This document shows, one piece after another, positions 20,779 to 31,800 of a DNA stretch of 64,000 bases. The stretch lies in IMG/VR virus record IMGVR_UViG_3300032050_000002; one strand, written 5' to 3'. The notes below the pieces were generated by a model. The model was not told the DNA's origin and ran no database searches. It was given only the letters and a program-made list of their open reading frames with translations. Origin of the DNA: a virus (lineage: Duplodnaviria > Caudoviricetes). How positions within the stretch are numbered: the stretch's first letter is position 1; the number at the start of each line of letters is the position of its first letter. The position numbers and the translations under genes were made by a program.

Positions 20779-21738
20779 ATGAACCTAAGACAAACAATAA
20801 AAAGAATACTAAAAGAAGAATCAGAATCCGTTAATTGTAAATGTGGATGGTCTTGGAAATTATCTGATGGAGGCGATGACCCATACGTTTGTCATAAATG
20901 TGGAAGAGATAATAGTAAATTAAATAAAGTTTATTATGGTTTTGCTAAATTACCCAATTATTGGGTTGACGATAACGATTTCTCATACAACGATGAATTT
21001 TTCGATGATAAAGACTATGATGACCACTATTTTGATAATTTTAAAGACATGGACAAAATGTTTGGACATAGAAAATCTTTATTCGGAACAAGAGGTTTAG
21101 ATGTTGGGGATGAAAAAAGAACTTCACGGTCATTTAATCAATATAACGAACGATATGGTCCTGCAATTGTTAGGGTTATCAAAGATAAAAAAGAAAAATT
21201 AAATGAAGTTAGAGTTCCAAGAAGTGAAAGGGTGGAATTATATAAGGATGATAATATAATTGTTGTTGTTCCATTAACTCATAGAGCATTACAAAAATAT
21301 GCTACAAATTGCCAATGGTGTATTAATGATGATTTAACAGATTGGGAGGAGTATCATAAAGGAAGACACGCAGTCATCATCCAAAGAAAGCCAAAGAAAA
21401 GTAAGAAAGGTATTACAGGGATGGAAACATATGGTGAGATTTTTATTTTATCAAGATTAGATGAAGGAATGTGGGATTGGAAAACTGCCATAGATATTTT
21501 AGGGTATGATTTTGGTGGTAGTAAAGAAAGGGCTTTAGACTATTATGTTAATATATCAAATGATATAAATAACTTTGCAACAAATATAGTTTATTATTCA
21601 CCTGAAAATGGAATATATGATATGGAAGATAACTTCTTATGGAATTTCGATATTGAGATAAACGACATACCAAATGTAACTCCAAAAGTTATAGAGATGA
21701 TGGATGACTATCTAACCAATTCTGAAGAGGATAATTAA
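20779..21738 (+). CDS. Leader-bearing protein with Cys zinc-ribbon module
   Basis: MNLRQTIKRILKEE; CKCGWSW...CHKCG; TATTTAT 20768. Confidence 0.55.
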   Translation: MNLRQTIKRILKEESESVNCKCGWSWKLSDGGDDPYVCHKCGRDNSKLNKVYYGFAKLPNYWVDDNDFSYNDEFFDDKDYDDHYFDNFKDMDKMFGHRKSLFGTRGLDVGDEKRTSRSFNQYNERYGPAIVRVIKDKKEKLNEVRVPRSERVELYKDDNIIVVVPLTHRALQKYATNCQWCINDDLTDWEEYHKGRHAVIIQRKPKKSKKGITGMETYGEIFILSRLDEGMWDWKTAIDILGYDFGGSKERALDYYVNISNDINNFATNIVYYSPENGIYDMEDNFLWNFDIEINDIPNVTPKVIEMMDDYLTNSEEDN

Positions 21739-22256
21739 TCTCGCCACTTACTTAATACCTCGTTTAACAAATATTGAGAAACGTTATTAGTCCCAATAAT
21801 ATCATTAACAACCAAATCATCTTTATGTTTTAAAACATTACCAACAAGTATTGGTTCATCATAATACCCCAAATTATTTTCGGTAACCTCGTCAACAGAC
21901 CTCTCCATATCAAAAGGAACACCATAAAAACTTCTAACTTTATAATTTAAAGACTCCTCCAAATTTTTAACTCTTTTCATATTCTTACTTATTTTAACAA
22001 CATCTGTATTAATAACTTCTTCAACCCAACTCATCAAGATTGGTTTAAAATCATCTTCAATTAATGAAAACATTTTAAAGAAAAAATGAAAATAATCATA
22101 TCTGTACCACAATGTTCCCCTTACAAACTGAAAATACCAAAATTTTTTCTCCCTATCAATAAACCAAATAGACTTATCGTAACAAATAATTTCAACCGTA
22201 CTTAAATTAAAGTATAATTCATCAAAGATAATTTTTTTTAATTTATCAGAAACCAC
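21735..22256 (-). CDS. MISDKLK-family paralogue (decayed 22-aa repeats)
   Basis: MVSDKLKKIIFDELY...WFIDR.KK.WYF...LWYRY. Confidence 0.65.
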   Translation of the reverse strand: MVSDKLKKIIFDELYFNLSTVEIICYDKSIWFIDREKKFWYFQFVRGTLWYRYDYFHFFFKMFSLIEDDFKPILMSWVEEVINTDVVKISKNMKRVKNLEESLNYKVRSFYGVPFDMERSVDEVTENNLGYYDEPILVGNVLKHKDDLVVNDIIGTNNVSQYLLNEVLSKWRD

Positions 22257-22862
22257 AAAATAAAGATAATAATTAATTATATTAGAAACAATATCAATAT
22301 ATTTATAAATATGAATCTTAAACAGATTATTAGAAAAGTATTAAATGAGGAACACACAATTAAATCAAGACTTGAGCAAGTTGTTCAAAATCTTGGAATT
22401 ATGGAGGCGATTAAGTTAGTTGGAAGTGTTAAAAAACTATTTGAAGTATTAGAATTGGATTATAACGATATTAGAGTCCAAGAGGATATTGTTAAGAATT
22501 ATTTGTATCATAATGAATTTGAGAAAGTTCTCTTTTTAAAGGTTAATAGAGTATCACCAAACAGAACAGTTATAGATGTTTATATAGGACCTGATACTGC
22601 GGCAAATCATACAAGTTGGTTTTCCAGTGTGGTAAGTGATGAATTTAAAAAGGTATTTCCATTTAGGTTTGAACCCGTTTGGGAGTTTGAGTGGGCAAAA
22701 AGTAAAAGAACAAAAATATTTTTAGATGTTCATATTTTTGACGAAACCGAAAACATAACAGAATCTAAAGAAATTACAAAGATACAAATAAAATAACGAT
22801 TACAAATTCAGATAATACAGAAAAAACAACAAATGAATTGGTAGATGAAATTATTAAAAAGA

Positions 22863-23231
22863 TTAATTAAATTCATTTTTTGGAATAATAAACCTATGAC
22901 CATTAGTCCAATTAGTTCCTTTTAATACTAAATCAAACCCCAACTTATGACCAACCCAAGAAGTGATAAGTTCTACAGAATTATCATAACTCATTGAAAA
23001 AAAACCTGAAATCTCATCAATAAGATTATGATGAACAAACACCCAATCTCTTTCTTCACCAAAAGCGTTTTTTTTATAAACGGAAATAACCGAGTGGTCA
23101 TCATTTTCCGAATTTAAAAAGTAAATATAATTATTAAATTGTTTATTATTATCTTTAATAATAAAATCTTGGTTATCCAAATATTTATAAACCGCATTTT
23201 TAAATTTACTTTCTGTAATAACAAATTTCAT
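22863..23231 (-). CDS. MKFIITESK...YLDNQDF family paralogue
   Basis: Shares N-terminus and YLDNQDF with 25489, 25816, 28165. Confidence 0.65.
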   Translation of the reverse strand: MKFVITESKFKNAVYKYLDNQDFIIKDNNKQFNNYIYFLNSENDDHSVISVYKKNAFGEERDWVFVHHNLIDEISGFFSMSYDNSVELITSWVGHKLGFDLVLKGTNWTNGHRFIIPKNEFN

Positions 23232-23634
23232 AACAAATATTTTTTAAGGGGCGCCATCATACCATTCCCAAATCCTATCAACATCAACGCCATATTTAAC
23301 TTCAAACCATTTCCCAATAATTTTATAATCACCAACATCCTTAACACCTGAAAATAAATTACAAAAATATAATATTGAAGGACTAACTTCTAAAGTTCCG
23401 TCAACATAATAAAATGCCCCAAGTCCAGGTTCAATTTCACTCGTTTTATCAAAATCTACACGAAATTCATCATCATTACTTTCGCTATAGCCATCTTCTT
23501 CAGGACTCAATTTCAAACTATTAAGTTTATCTAAAACATATAATTTGGCTAATCTTTGGGCTTTTGATTCTGATATTATAATTCTCATTAACAATAAATA
23601 TAAAGATATTCATAAAATTAATATATTTATCAGT

Positions 23635-24600
23635 ATGGGAAAAGAAGACATTAATAAAATGTATTTAGGTAAAGATTATTCAAAACTTGTAAATGCGTTA
23701 TTCTCAAAGAAGTATAGTTGGTTTAAGAAAATAGATATAGATAATGTTATTTATAATAAATTAAAATATAAACCAAGTTTCTTAAATCTAAAAGGAACAA
23801 TATATGTTGATTCAGATTGGGGACACAAACAATTTAGAGAATATTATTACGATTTAGCCTTTCCCGAAGATACCGAGTTAAGTTTCGGTGATATTATGGG
23901 TGGAGATTTAAGTAAAGAAATACAAGATGATTTTAAAACAATATTCTCTTCTCTATATGGCACACAAATACCCACATATATGTCATTTACTTGGTTAATG
24001 GTAAAATTTGTTGATGAAGACAAAAGATTGGAAGAAACCATAAAAAAAGTATTAAGAAAAGAGAACAAATATAGTAAAAATATGAAATCAGATAGACCTG
24101 AAACCAATGAATCTGAATTAACCGAAAAATGTTGGCCAGGATATACCCAAAAAGGAATGAAGACAATGTTTGGAAAACGATATCCAAATTGTGTTAAGAA
24201 GAAAAAAACATTAAAAGAATGGTATGTGACAAGGGATAGAGAAAAAGAAATGGGGATGTCATACGTTAAATTTGAGGAAATAATAAATAATTTAATGGGT
24301 AAAAGATATGATTGGTGGGAAGGTATTAAAATAAAAGATATTTTATATTCTGGTTTTAGTGATGAAGTAGAAATTTATGGTGTTTTAAATGTTAATAGAA
24401 AATGGGCTAAACAACAATTAAAAAAACTTAGACCATTTTTTAAAACTAAAGATGGAGAGGGTTTGGATATAGATGATGTTTTCAACATGGAACTGATGAG
24501 AGAAATAGAAGAATATTTAACTATGTTGTTTTCAACATTAACTAATTTTAATAAAACTGAGGGAGTAAGATTAAATGCCTTACATATAAAATTTGCATGA
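23635..24600 (+). CDS. Modular protein with internal leader-like segments and CWPGY...NCV motif
   Basis: True start 23635 (TATTTAT 23624); LTEKCWPGYTQKGMKTMFGKRYPNCVK. Confidence 0.55.
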   Translation: MGKEDINKMYLGKDYSKLVNALFSKKYSWFKKIDIDNVIYNKLKYKPSFLNLKGTIYVDSDWGHKQFREYYYDLAFPEDTELSFGDIMGGDLSKEIQDDFKTIFSSLYGTQIPTYMSFTWLMVKFVDEDKRLEETIKKVLRKENKYSKNMKSDRPETNESELTEKCWPGYTQKGMKTMFGKRYPNCVKKKKTLKEWYVTRDREKEMGMSYVKFEEIINNLMGKRYDWWEGIKIKDILYSGFSDEVEIYGVLNVNRKWAKQQLKKLRPFFKTKDGEGLDIDDVFNMELMREIEEYLTMLFSTLTNFNKTEGVRLNALHIKFA

Positions 24601-25150
24601 TGAACTTAGAACAAACCATAAGAAGAATATTGATGGAAGAAATTAACAGTTCTTCATTATCTCCTTACATTAAAAGAAGAGTTGATTTATCCGATGAAAA
24701 AATTAAAAAGATTTTAAAAACCGAAATTTTAACAGATAAAGACATTAATGCTGATGATGAATTTAGACTTAATAAGATAATAGATAATACAACAGGAGAG
24801 TTATTAAAATGGGTTAACCAAGAAGAATATGATGACAACTATGATTCAGTATATGAACATATAAAAAATAATTATTCTGATTTCATATTACAATACTTTA
24901 GAGAAGTTTTTAAAGATGATGAAGAAGCGAAGTTTTGTTTTATTAAACATAGTGAAAGATATGGAGGAAGAGGATTTACAGAATGTTTCGGTTCTTGGTT
25001 TGGTTTTCTAAATGGTTATGGAAGTTGGTTACCTAATGTTGATTGGAATAAAGTTAAAGAAGAATTAAAAACAAAAGATAGAATATTATTGGCAAGACCA
25101 TTAGAAGGTCATATCTATGGATATTATTTTTCGGTATTAAAGAAATGATT

Positions 25151-25489
25151 TTAAACCCAATTATCCGGCATTTTTAACAAAGTTGCTTCAAGACCAATCC
25201 AACTATTTGTATCAACGACTTTCACATTTAATTTATTCTCAACCCAACCAGCAATTACGTTTCTGGTAACAATATATTTTGATGAAAAGAAACCATCCAT
25301 CTCAACAATCAAATCAGAATTAATATAACACATTCCCGTACCATAATCATACATTATTTGAGCAATCTCATCATCTTCTGAATTGGCAAAGTAAGCTCCG
25401 TCATAAGTATGAATACGAATAAAATCTTGATTGTCCAAATACTTTTCCATCGCGGAAACTATTTTTGATTCGGTGATAATAAATTTCAT
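25151..25489 (-). CDS. MKFIITESK family paralogue
   Basis: YLDNQDF; C-terminal WVENKLNVKV motif. Confidence 0.65.
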   Translation of the reverse strand: MKFIITESKIVSAMEKYLDNQDFIRIHTYDGAYFANSEDDEIAQIMYDYGTGMCYINSDLIVEMDGFFSSKYIVTRNVIAGWVENKLNVKVVDTNSWIGLEATLLKMPDNWV

Positions 25490-25516
25490 ATAGTATAAAT
25501 ATATAAACTAATCAAA

Positions 25517-25816
25517 TTAGAATGAAAATATGCCGTAACCAACAACAGGAACATTTAACTTATTTGACACCCATTTAGCAATAATATCACCGGCGGTTAC
25601 CTTCTCAATAGAGAAAAAATCAATTAATTCATCAACTAAGTCTTTTTTAAAATAACACATTTCACTTACATTTGAATAACCGATGAGTCCATCCACATCA
25701 TCCTCAGAATTTAAAAAACGAACTGTATTTTTATAACCCTTCACAATAAAGTCCTGATTATCCAAATACTTAAAGATAATGTTTTCCAATTTTGATTCGG
25801 TGATAATAAATTTCAT
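25517..25816 (-). CDS. MKFIITESK family paralogue
   Basis: Start 25816, 4 nt after minus-strand TATTTAT (25821-25827). Confidence 0.65.
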   Translation of the reverse strand: MKFIITESKLENIIFKYLDNQDFIVKGYKNTVRFLNSEDDVDGLIGYSNVSEMCYFKKDLVDELIDFFSIEKVTAGDIIAKWVSNKLNVPVVGYGIFSF

Positions 25817-25843
25817 AATCATAAATATACGATATTTATTAAT

Positions 25844-26689
25844 ATGCGACTTAAAGAAACTATGATAAAAAGATTATTTAATCTTTATGATGATATATTT
25901 AAGAAATTAAAGTTAGAAATTTATACCGATGAATCGGGAACCATATATGGAAAATGGTTTGATAAAAATGAAAAATTAATTTTCAGTAGAAATCATTTTG
26001 GAACATTATGGGTCGATGACTGCGACTCATATACCACACTATGGATTTATTCAAAGGCATTATCCCTAAATAAAGAAGAGTTTGAATTATCTTTAATAGA
26101 TTATTTGAATCTAAAATATCAAAACCAATCAAAAAATAGACCAATAAAAAGTATTGGTGATGAAAATCATTGTTTGGAGGATATGGAAGATGAAACCGAA
26201 AATTTGCAAGAATCCATAAGAAGAATATTAAGGGAAGAAACGGATTTTTATTATAATCTAAAGACGGTTGCGTTTGAAGAACTACCATTTGAATATCAGA
26301 GGTCATTAATAATTTATATGTATGAAGGACCCGTTGTTGATTGGTCATTAGACCTGGATAGGGACATTGTTTCAAAGAATGATGAACTTGTTAAGGTTCT
26401 AATAAATGATTATATGTCGGTAGGTAGAAATAAGAACAAATCATTTGCTTATGGTATAGTTCCAATGAAAACTCTAACAAAAGAAATTGCCGAGAGAATG
26501 GGATATGATAACTACAATGATTATCATAAAGATTATGTAGGTTCAAATTATGTTCAAAAACATAAAGAGTCGGTATGGCCAATTATTCTAAATCCTGACA
26601 ATGATGAATTAATAGAAGATGGTTGGCATAGATTCCACGATTATTATAGTAGGGGATTAAAGAAAGTTCCAGTGGTTATGTTTATGTAG
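25844..26689 (+). CDS. Modular protein with C-terminal ParB/Srx-like domain
   Basis: WPIIL...LIEDGWHRF...GLKKVPVV; internal LQESIRRILREE. Confidence 0.6.
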   Translation: MRLKETMIKRLFNLYDDIFKKLKLEIYTDESGTIYGKWFDKNEKLIFSRNHFGTLWVDDCDSYTTLWIYSKALSLNKEEFELSLIDYLNLKYQNQSKNRPIKSIGDENHCLEDMEDETENLQESIRRILREETDFYYNLKTVAFEELPFEYQRSLIIYMYEGPVVDWSLDLDRDIVSKNDELVKVLINDYMSVGRNKNKSFAYGIVPMKTLTKEIAERMGYDNYNDYHKDYVGSNYVQKHKESVWPIILNPDNDELIEDGWHRFHDYYSRGLKKVPVVMFM

Positions 26690-27075
26690 AAATTACAAAC
26701 TAATCATATTAGTTTAAGTCCCAACATATTTCTGTAAGGTATTTGTCAGTTCCGTTTACTTTAGAAACTTCTTCTTTGTGTTTAGTTATAAATTCTTCAT
26801 TATAATTTCCCAAAACACCTTGGTCCCAATGATTTAATTTTGCAATACGAATAAACTTTCCATATTCTTTTTCGGTCAATCTACCCTTCAAAGGTATTAC
26901 ACTTCCAACACAAGTATTCCACTTTGTTTTTCTACCATTATATGTTACATAGTAATAATCTTGCTCATCATCACCAATAGCAATTAACCTTTCTATATCC
27001 CAAGATTCAGTTATTACAAATTGACCTTTAAGTTCTTCAAATTCTGATAATATTTTTTGTAAGTTACTATCCATA

Positions 27076-27732
27076 TTATTTTATTGTATGATTTAATACC
27101 TTGTCAACATAACTTTCTTCATCAATCATTTCGCCACCATCCATATTAGTTACCGTATGATTTAATATATCTTCCACCTCAGATTTAAATTGGTGAAGAT
27201 GGTCATTAGCAGTACCAGGAGTACATTTCAATATCTCTCCCATCCACTTATCCAAACTTGATGCGGTTTTATCAACCTTACAATTTAATACTTCTTCCAC
27301 CAATTCAGGAGCGTAATAAACACCACCATCTGTTGCATTAACCTTACAATTTAATACCTCTTCCACCTCTTCATTCATAAAAAAGACAACACGTACGGTT
27401 GTATTAACCTTACAATTTAATACCTCTTCCACCCGGTTATAAATGGTGATGGCACCAACAGCAGTTGTATTAACCTTACAATTTAATACCTCTTCCACCC
27501 AATCTTTTAAAATGGGCTCAAATCGAGCGGAGTCAAGAGAAAATAATAAGAAAAAATCATTAAAGAAACTATATCTCCACCACAATCTACCATCTTTTTG
27601 TAGTTCAAAATACCAGTACTTCTTTTGTCTGTCAATAAACCATATATTACCATTATAGTTGATAATCTCAGTCTTCCCAAGTTCTCTATATAGTTCATCA
27701 AAGACAATCTTTTTTAATTTATCTGAAATCAT
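27076..27732 (-). CDS. MISDKLK-family paralogue containing a repeat-spacer array
   Basis: TATCTTTG 4 nt before ATG; four VEEVLNCKV repeats. Confidence 0.7.
   Translation of the reverse strand: MISDKLKKIVFDELYRELGKTEIINYNGNIWFIDRQKKYWYFELQKDGRLWWRYSFFNDFFLLFSLDSARFEPILKDWVEEVLNCKVNTTAVGAITIYNRVEEVLNCKVNTTVRVVFFMNEEVEEVLNCKVNATDGGVYYAPELVEEVLNCKVDKTASSLDKWMGEILKCTPGTANDHLHQFKSEVEDILNHTVTNMDGGEMIDEESYVDKVLNHTIK
27266..27499 (-). repeat. CRISPR-like array, 4 x 36-nt repeats with 3 unique 30-nt spacers, in frame
   Basis: Repeats at 27266, 27332, 27398, 27464; consensus GGTGGAAGAGGTATTAAATTGTAAGGTTAATACAAC on the minus strand. Confidence 0.8.
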
Positions 27733-27819
27733 AATACAAAGATAATAATAAAAAATGGATTAGACAAATTTAATTAGGTATTCTCAATTTATTAAAAATA
27801 AGTGGTCTTCTTACTTGTT

Positions 27820-27919
27820 GTGTCTAACACCTTGATTTGCGAGGTATTCCCGACAAAGGCTTAATCTTACCAAAACAAAATACTGCGTCTAACACCTTAA
27901 TTTGTAAGGTATTCTCAAC
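27820..27919 (-). repeat. Two 35-nt repeats with a 30-nt spacer at the end of ORF 27824..28165
   Basis: GTTGAGAATACCTTACAAATTAAGGTGTTAGACGC / GTCGGGAATACCTCGCAAATCAAGGTGTTAGACAC. Confidence 0.6.
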
Positions 27920-28165
27920 CCACTTACCGATAAGGTTTTTAGAATCAAGATACTCTAAAGAAAAAAAAGAAGAAATTTCGTCCACCAAATCAACATTAAA
28001 ATAACACTTACCAACATTTTTATCGTATTTAATTTGAAAAAACTCATCTTCTATCGAATTAAAAAAATAAATATAAACCCCCTTTTCAACCTTAACAAAG
28101 TCCTGATTATCCAAGTACTTAAAGATTACTTGTTCCATTTTAGATTCGGTGATAATGAATTTCAT
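27824..28165 (-). CDS. MKFIITESK family paralogue
   Basis: YLDNQDF; WVENTLQIKV. Confidence 0.65.
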   Translation of the reverse strand: MKFIITESKMEQVIFKYLDNQDFVKVEKGVYIYFFNSIEDEFFQIKYDKNVGKCYFNVDLVDEISSFFSLEYLDSKNLIGKWVENTLQIKVLDAVFCFGKIKPLSGIPRKSRC

Positions 28166-28177
28166 ATAAGATAAATA

Positions 28178-28555
28178 TTAGTAGATGTGTTCATTATCAT
28201 AAAATGTCATTATTTCGTTAGTTTTAATATTCATATGTTTTTCAAACCATTTTAATAAATGACTTTGTATTTCTTCCCAAGTTTTCATGCTAAACAAATT
28301 AAATATATAACCGTAAAAATCATCGGCCAAATAAACTTCTGAATTGCCAAAAGCAATACGTGATTTAGAGCCCTTATATTCTTTATTTAAAGTTAATATA
28401 ATAATAACTTCATTATCGTTATCATCATACCAAACATCTCTATGATACAACCCATTAGGATTAGGAACTCTTTTATGTTTTAATCCCAAAAATAGTTCGC
28501 CAATAAAAGAATCAATTATATTATCTAATTTAGATTCGGTGATAATGAATTTCAT
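28178..28555 (-). CDS. MKFIITESK leader protein
   Basis: N-terminal motif. Confidence 0.6.
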   Translation of the reverse strand: MKFIITESKLDNIIDSFIGELFLGLKHKRVPNPNGLYHRDVWYDDNDNEVIIILTLNKEYKGSKSRIAFGNSEVYLADDFYGYIFNLFSMKTWEEIQSHLLKWFEKHMNIKTNEIMTFYDNEHIY

Positions 28556-29339
28556 ATAGTAATAAATATGAAGATAATAAGAAATTATGAACTACTTCTT
28601 AATCACCTTAATATCAGAGACATTTCTTGTTTCTTTAAGATACTTTTTGGCGTCTTTAATGGAGTTATGTAACTTATAGGGGAGTCTAGGTATTAAACCT
28701 GATTTTTCTGTATATACGTGTATGTAGTTATTACAAGGAAAAGTTATAACGGTTGTTTTTTTCATAATACAAATATAAGAATAAATTAATCAAAAATGTA
28801 ATCCCCATCAATTAGTCTTTTAATCTTTTCCAACCATTGTGATGAGTGGGAAATATAACTATTAAATTTCTCTATCTCATCAAAAGAATATAATGATTTG
28901 TCTCTATTCTGATTATACTCAATATAACTTTCGAGTTTGGTTTTCTCCTGTTCGTAAAACTTTTCTAAATTATCCATAATACAAAGATAATAATAAATTA
29001 TGAACTAAACAAACTTAGTGATTATAACCTGGCTCACTATGAAATTCATAACCTTCCCCACAATCAAAGTAACAAGATACATTAGGGACTCTACCGTATT
29101 TTTTAAGGGGAGATAACATTTCAAAAAGGAGTTTTACTTCGGTATCAATTTCCATTTGTTTTTTAGCGGGTAAACACTCCTCAGATTTTAAATAACAAGC
29201 ATATTCTGACCCAACCATAAACTTTAAATTAGGGATATCATTAAACCTATCCTCAACTTTAACATCATAAAGATAAGGGTATTTTTTAAAGATTAATTTT
29301 CTTACTACATTTTCTAATAGTTCTTCCATAATAGTATAA

Positions 29340-31800
29340 ATATAAAGATAATAAGAAATTATGAACTAAACAAACTCACTCCCATACATTCCCCACCTTC
29401 AGTGGGTCGTTCCACTACACTTCGTTTCGTTTCACTAATGTATTTCGTTCCTTTGTTCATTTCATAATTTCCCCCACTTTATTACAGGAACGTATTATAA
29501 TTCTATTTTGGTGTTGTGGTAAAATTCTATTTTGATGTAAAAACCTATATGGTGAATTATATGGTGGGAATTTGTGGTAAGTTATTATGGTAAGGTTTCA
29601 CCTTTAAAGAATAACTTTATTTTATCCCATATATAGTGTTCCTAACTATGAGGGGGAAGTCTGAGATGGTCATATGAATGGTCACTAAATGGGGACTAAT
29701 GTCCTTACGTTGAAGGTTAATAATGTAAAACTCTAACACACTAAAGTGTTTCCCGCGTTTAGGGACACTAACTAATATTTTTAGCTGGGAAATACATATA
29801 CTAAAAAAAATGGAGCCCACGATAGCGTCAGAGGGGTTTTTTTGTGTTTCTGATACTAATAACGAAGAAAGGTGGTGGGAGAAAGTGTAAATAAGTGGTA
29901 AGAGGTGGTAATAAAAGGTGGGAAAGGGATTATCCCCTATCTGACACGTAACTGACATTATGACAAATCCAAATAATTTAACATTTATTTTTATTAACAA
30001 TCCCCTATATTACTACCAATAAACCAAATTTTTTTATATAAGGGATATGTACCAAACAGGTGTTTTAGAGGACTTTATTACAGAGGTCTCCAAGGAAGGA
30101 GAAGAATATATTATAAAATACTCAAGTGGTGAGTATAAGGGAGAGTGTAGATATAAGATGATGGAACTTACAGGTAAGAACAAACCCATAAGGCAAACCC
30201 CCATGATACTGACTCATTCTAACATGGGGGATATTATAGAGAAGATACATAAGGACAATACCTTAAGCTCTGAAGATTTTAATTCTCTATCTATGGATAT
30301 AAGGGAGCACTCACTTAAAAGATTAAATGAGTTTCTTTCTATACTCCCTTAGAATTTCTTTAAAGATATATTCATTACTTATAGCTTCCCTTTCAAAGGG
30401 ATGGTCATCATAACCATACTTGTTTAGTAATTTCATATACTTACTAATGCAAGGTTGTAAAGAGTGGGTGTACTCATGACAGATAAGACTTACAACATCC
30501 TTGATAGTTTTATTCTGTTTAAGCATTATAGTTATCTCATGCTCATAAGGGTCATAAAAACCATAACACTCATTACTAATGTCACCATTATAAATTCCAT
30601 AAGTTAATTCCTTTTTCTTTCTCTTATTAATACCAAGTTTATTCTTACAATACTCAAGGGAAAACATAACGAGCTCATTTATTTCAATGAGTGAATAATT
30701 CTTTAACCTATCTCTACTTAGATATTTTTTCATTACCTATAAAATTTGTTATTTAATATTGCCACGGTAATACCAAATACCGTAACCGCGAATGCTGTAA
30801 TAGATAGACCATACTCTTTAATTAATAGTCCATAGATTGCCATCATAAAAACCCCAAGCGTTGGGATTAATAAAATTATACTTGTCGTTTTCATATTTTA
30901 TTTTTTAATTCTTTTCATCACCTTCATGGCTTTCTTATATGACTTATAGAACTTAGGGGCTCTAAATACAAGTAACCATGTATTAACCAATTCATCATCA
31001 AGATAAGTCCAATTACCAAATATGTTTTTCTCTTGGATTCCCCAAGCTATCTCACCCGTAACAAATTTGTGTTCAACTATTCTAACGTCTCTCATTGTCA
31101 TTAATTTTATCTTACAAAGATACAAACTTTATTTCACCTGGCCAAATAAAAATAAATTTTTTTATATCAATTATTTTTCTTATCTTTGTAGTATGATAAA
31201 TGAAACACTAATAGCAAGAGTATTCGGGGGACTAATGTTAATCATATTATTATCCACTCTAATGTAGACACATTCTAAATAACAGGTGGGAACACCAATA
31301 CGTTGTAACCTAATTAGGAGACCGAGTGTACTCCCACGTGCTTTACATTCTACAATCCCCCACACTTATGAGCATACTGGAGTATACCCTCTTAGATACA
31401 TATGACTTATCTGACCCGTCTCGGTTATTAACCACTGACAATACAAAGGTACGAAATCCCCCCGACATATACAAATTTATTATTGTTAAAAGTTATTAAC
31501 ATGACACAGTGTCTGTTAATAAATTTATTTGGTTATGTCCCCCATTTGACATGACACTCAGAGATTACTTATAGAAGAGGTGGGAGGGGTATTATGTTTT
31601 TGGGGTAAAGGATATGACATACCTCCCCCCTGATTCCCTTATAGGTGGGGTATACCCCTCCCCTCCCCGTATCCCCCCTCCATATATGACATATTGACGG
31701 GGTAAAAAGGGGGGATAATCCTCTTTGCAATGTATTCATAAAAAATTTCCAGAAAAAATTTTTGGAAAATTTCCCCATTATAGTCAGGTAGTATATTTAT
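29340..31800. other. Low-coding region with TGACA repeats, G/C tracts and divergent promoters (candidate origin or packaging region)
   Basis: TGACA at 29942, 29953, 29961, 31436, 31502, 31547, 31552, 31615, 31687; dominant gene orientation flips across it. Confidence 0.4.
30323..30733 (-). CDS. HExxH zinc-metallopeptidase-like protein
   Basis: ICHEYTHSLQ...HPFEREA. Confidence 0.6.
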   Translation of the reverse strand: MKKYLSRDRLKNYSLIEINELVMFSLEYCKNKLGINKRKKKELTYGIYNGDISNECYGFYDPYEHEITIMLKQNKTIKDVVSLICHEYTHSLQPCISKYMKLLNKYGYDDHPFEREAISNEYIFKEILREYRKKLI

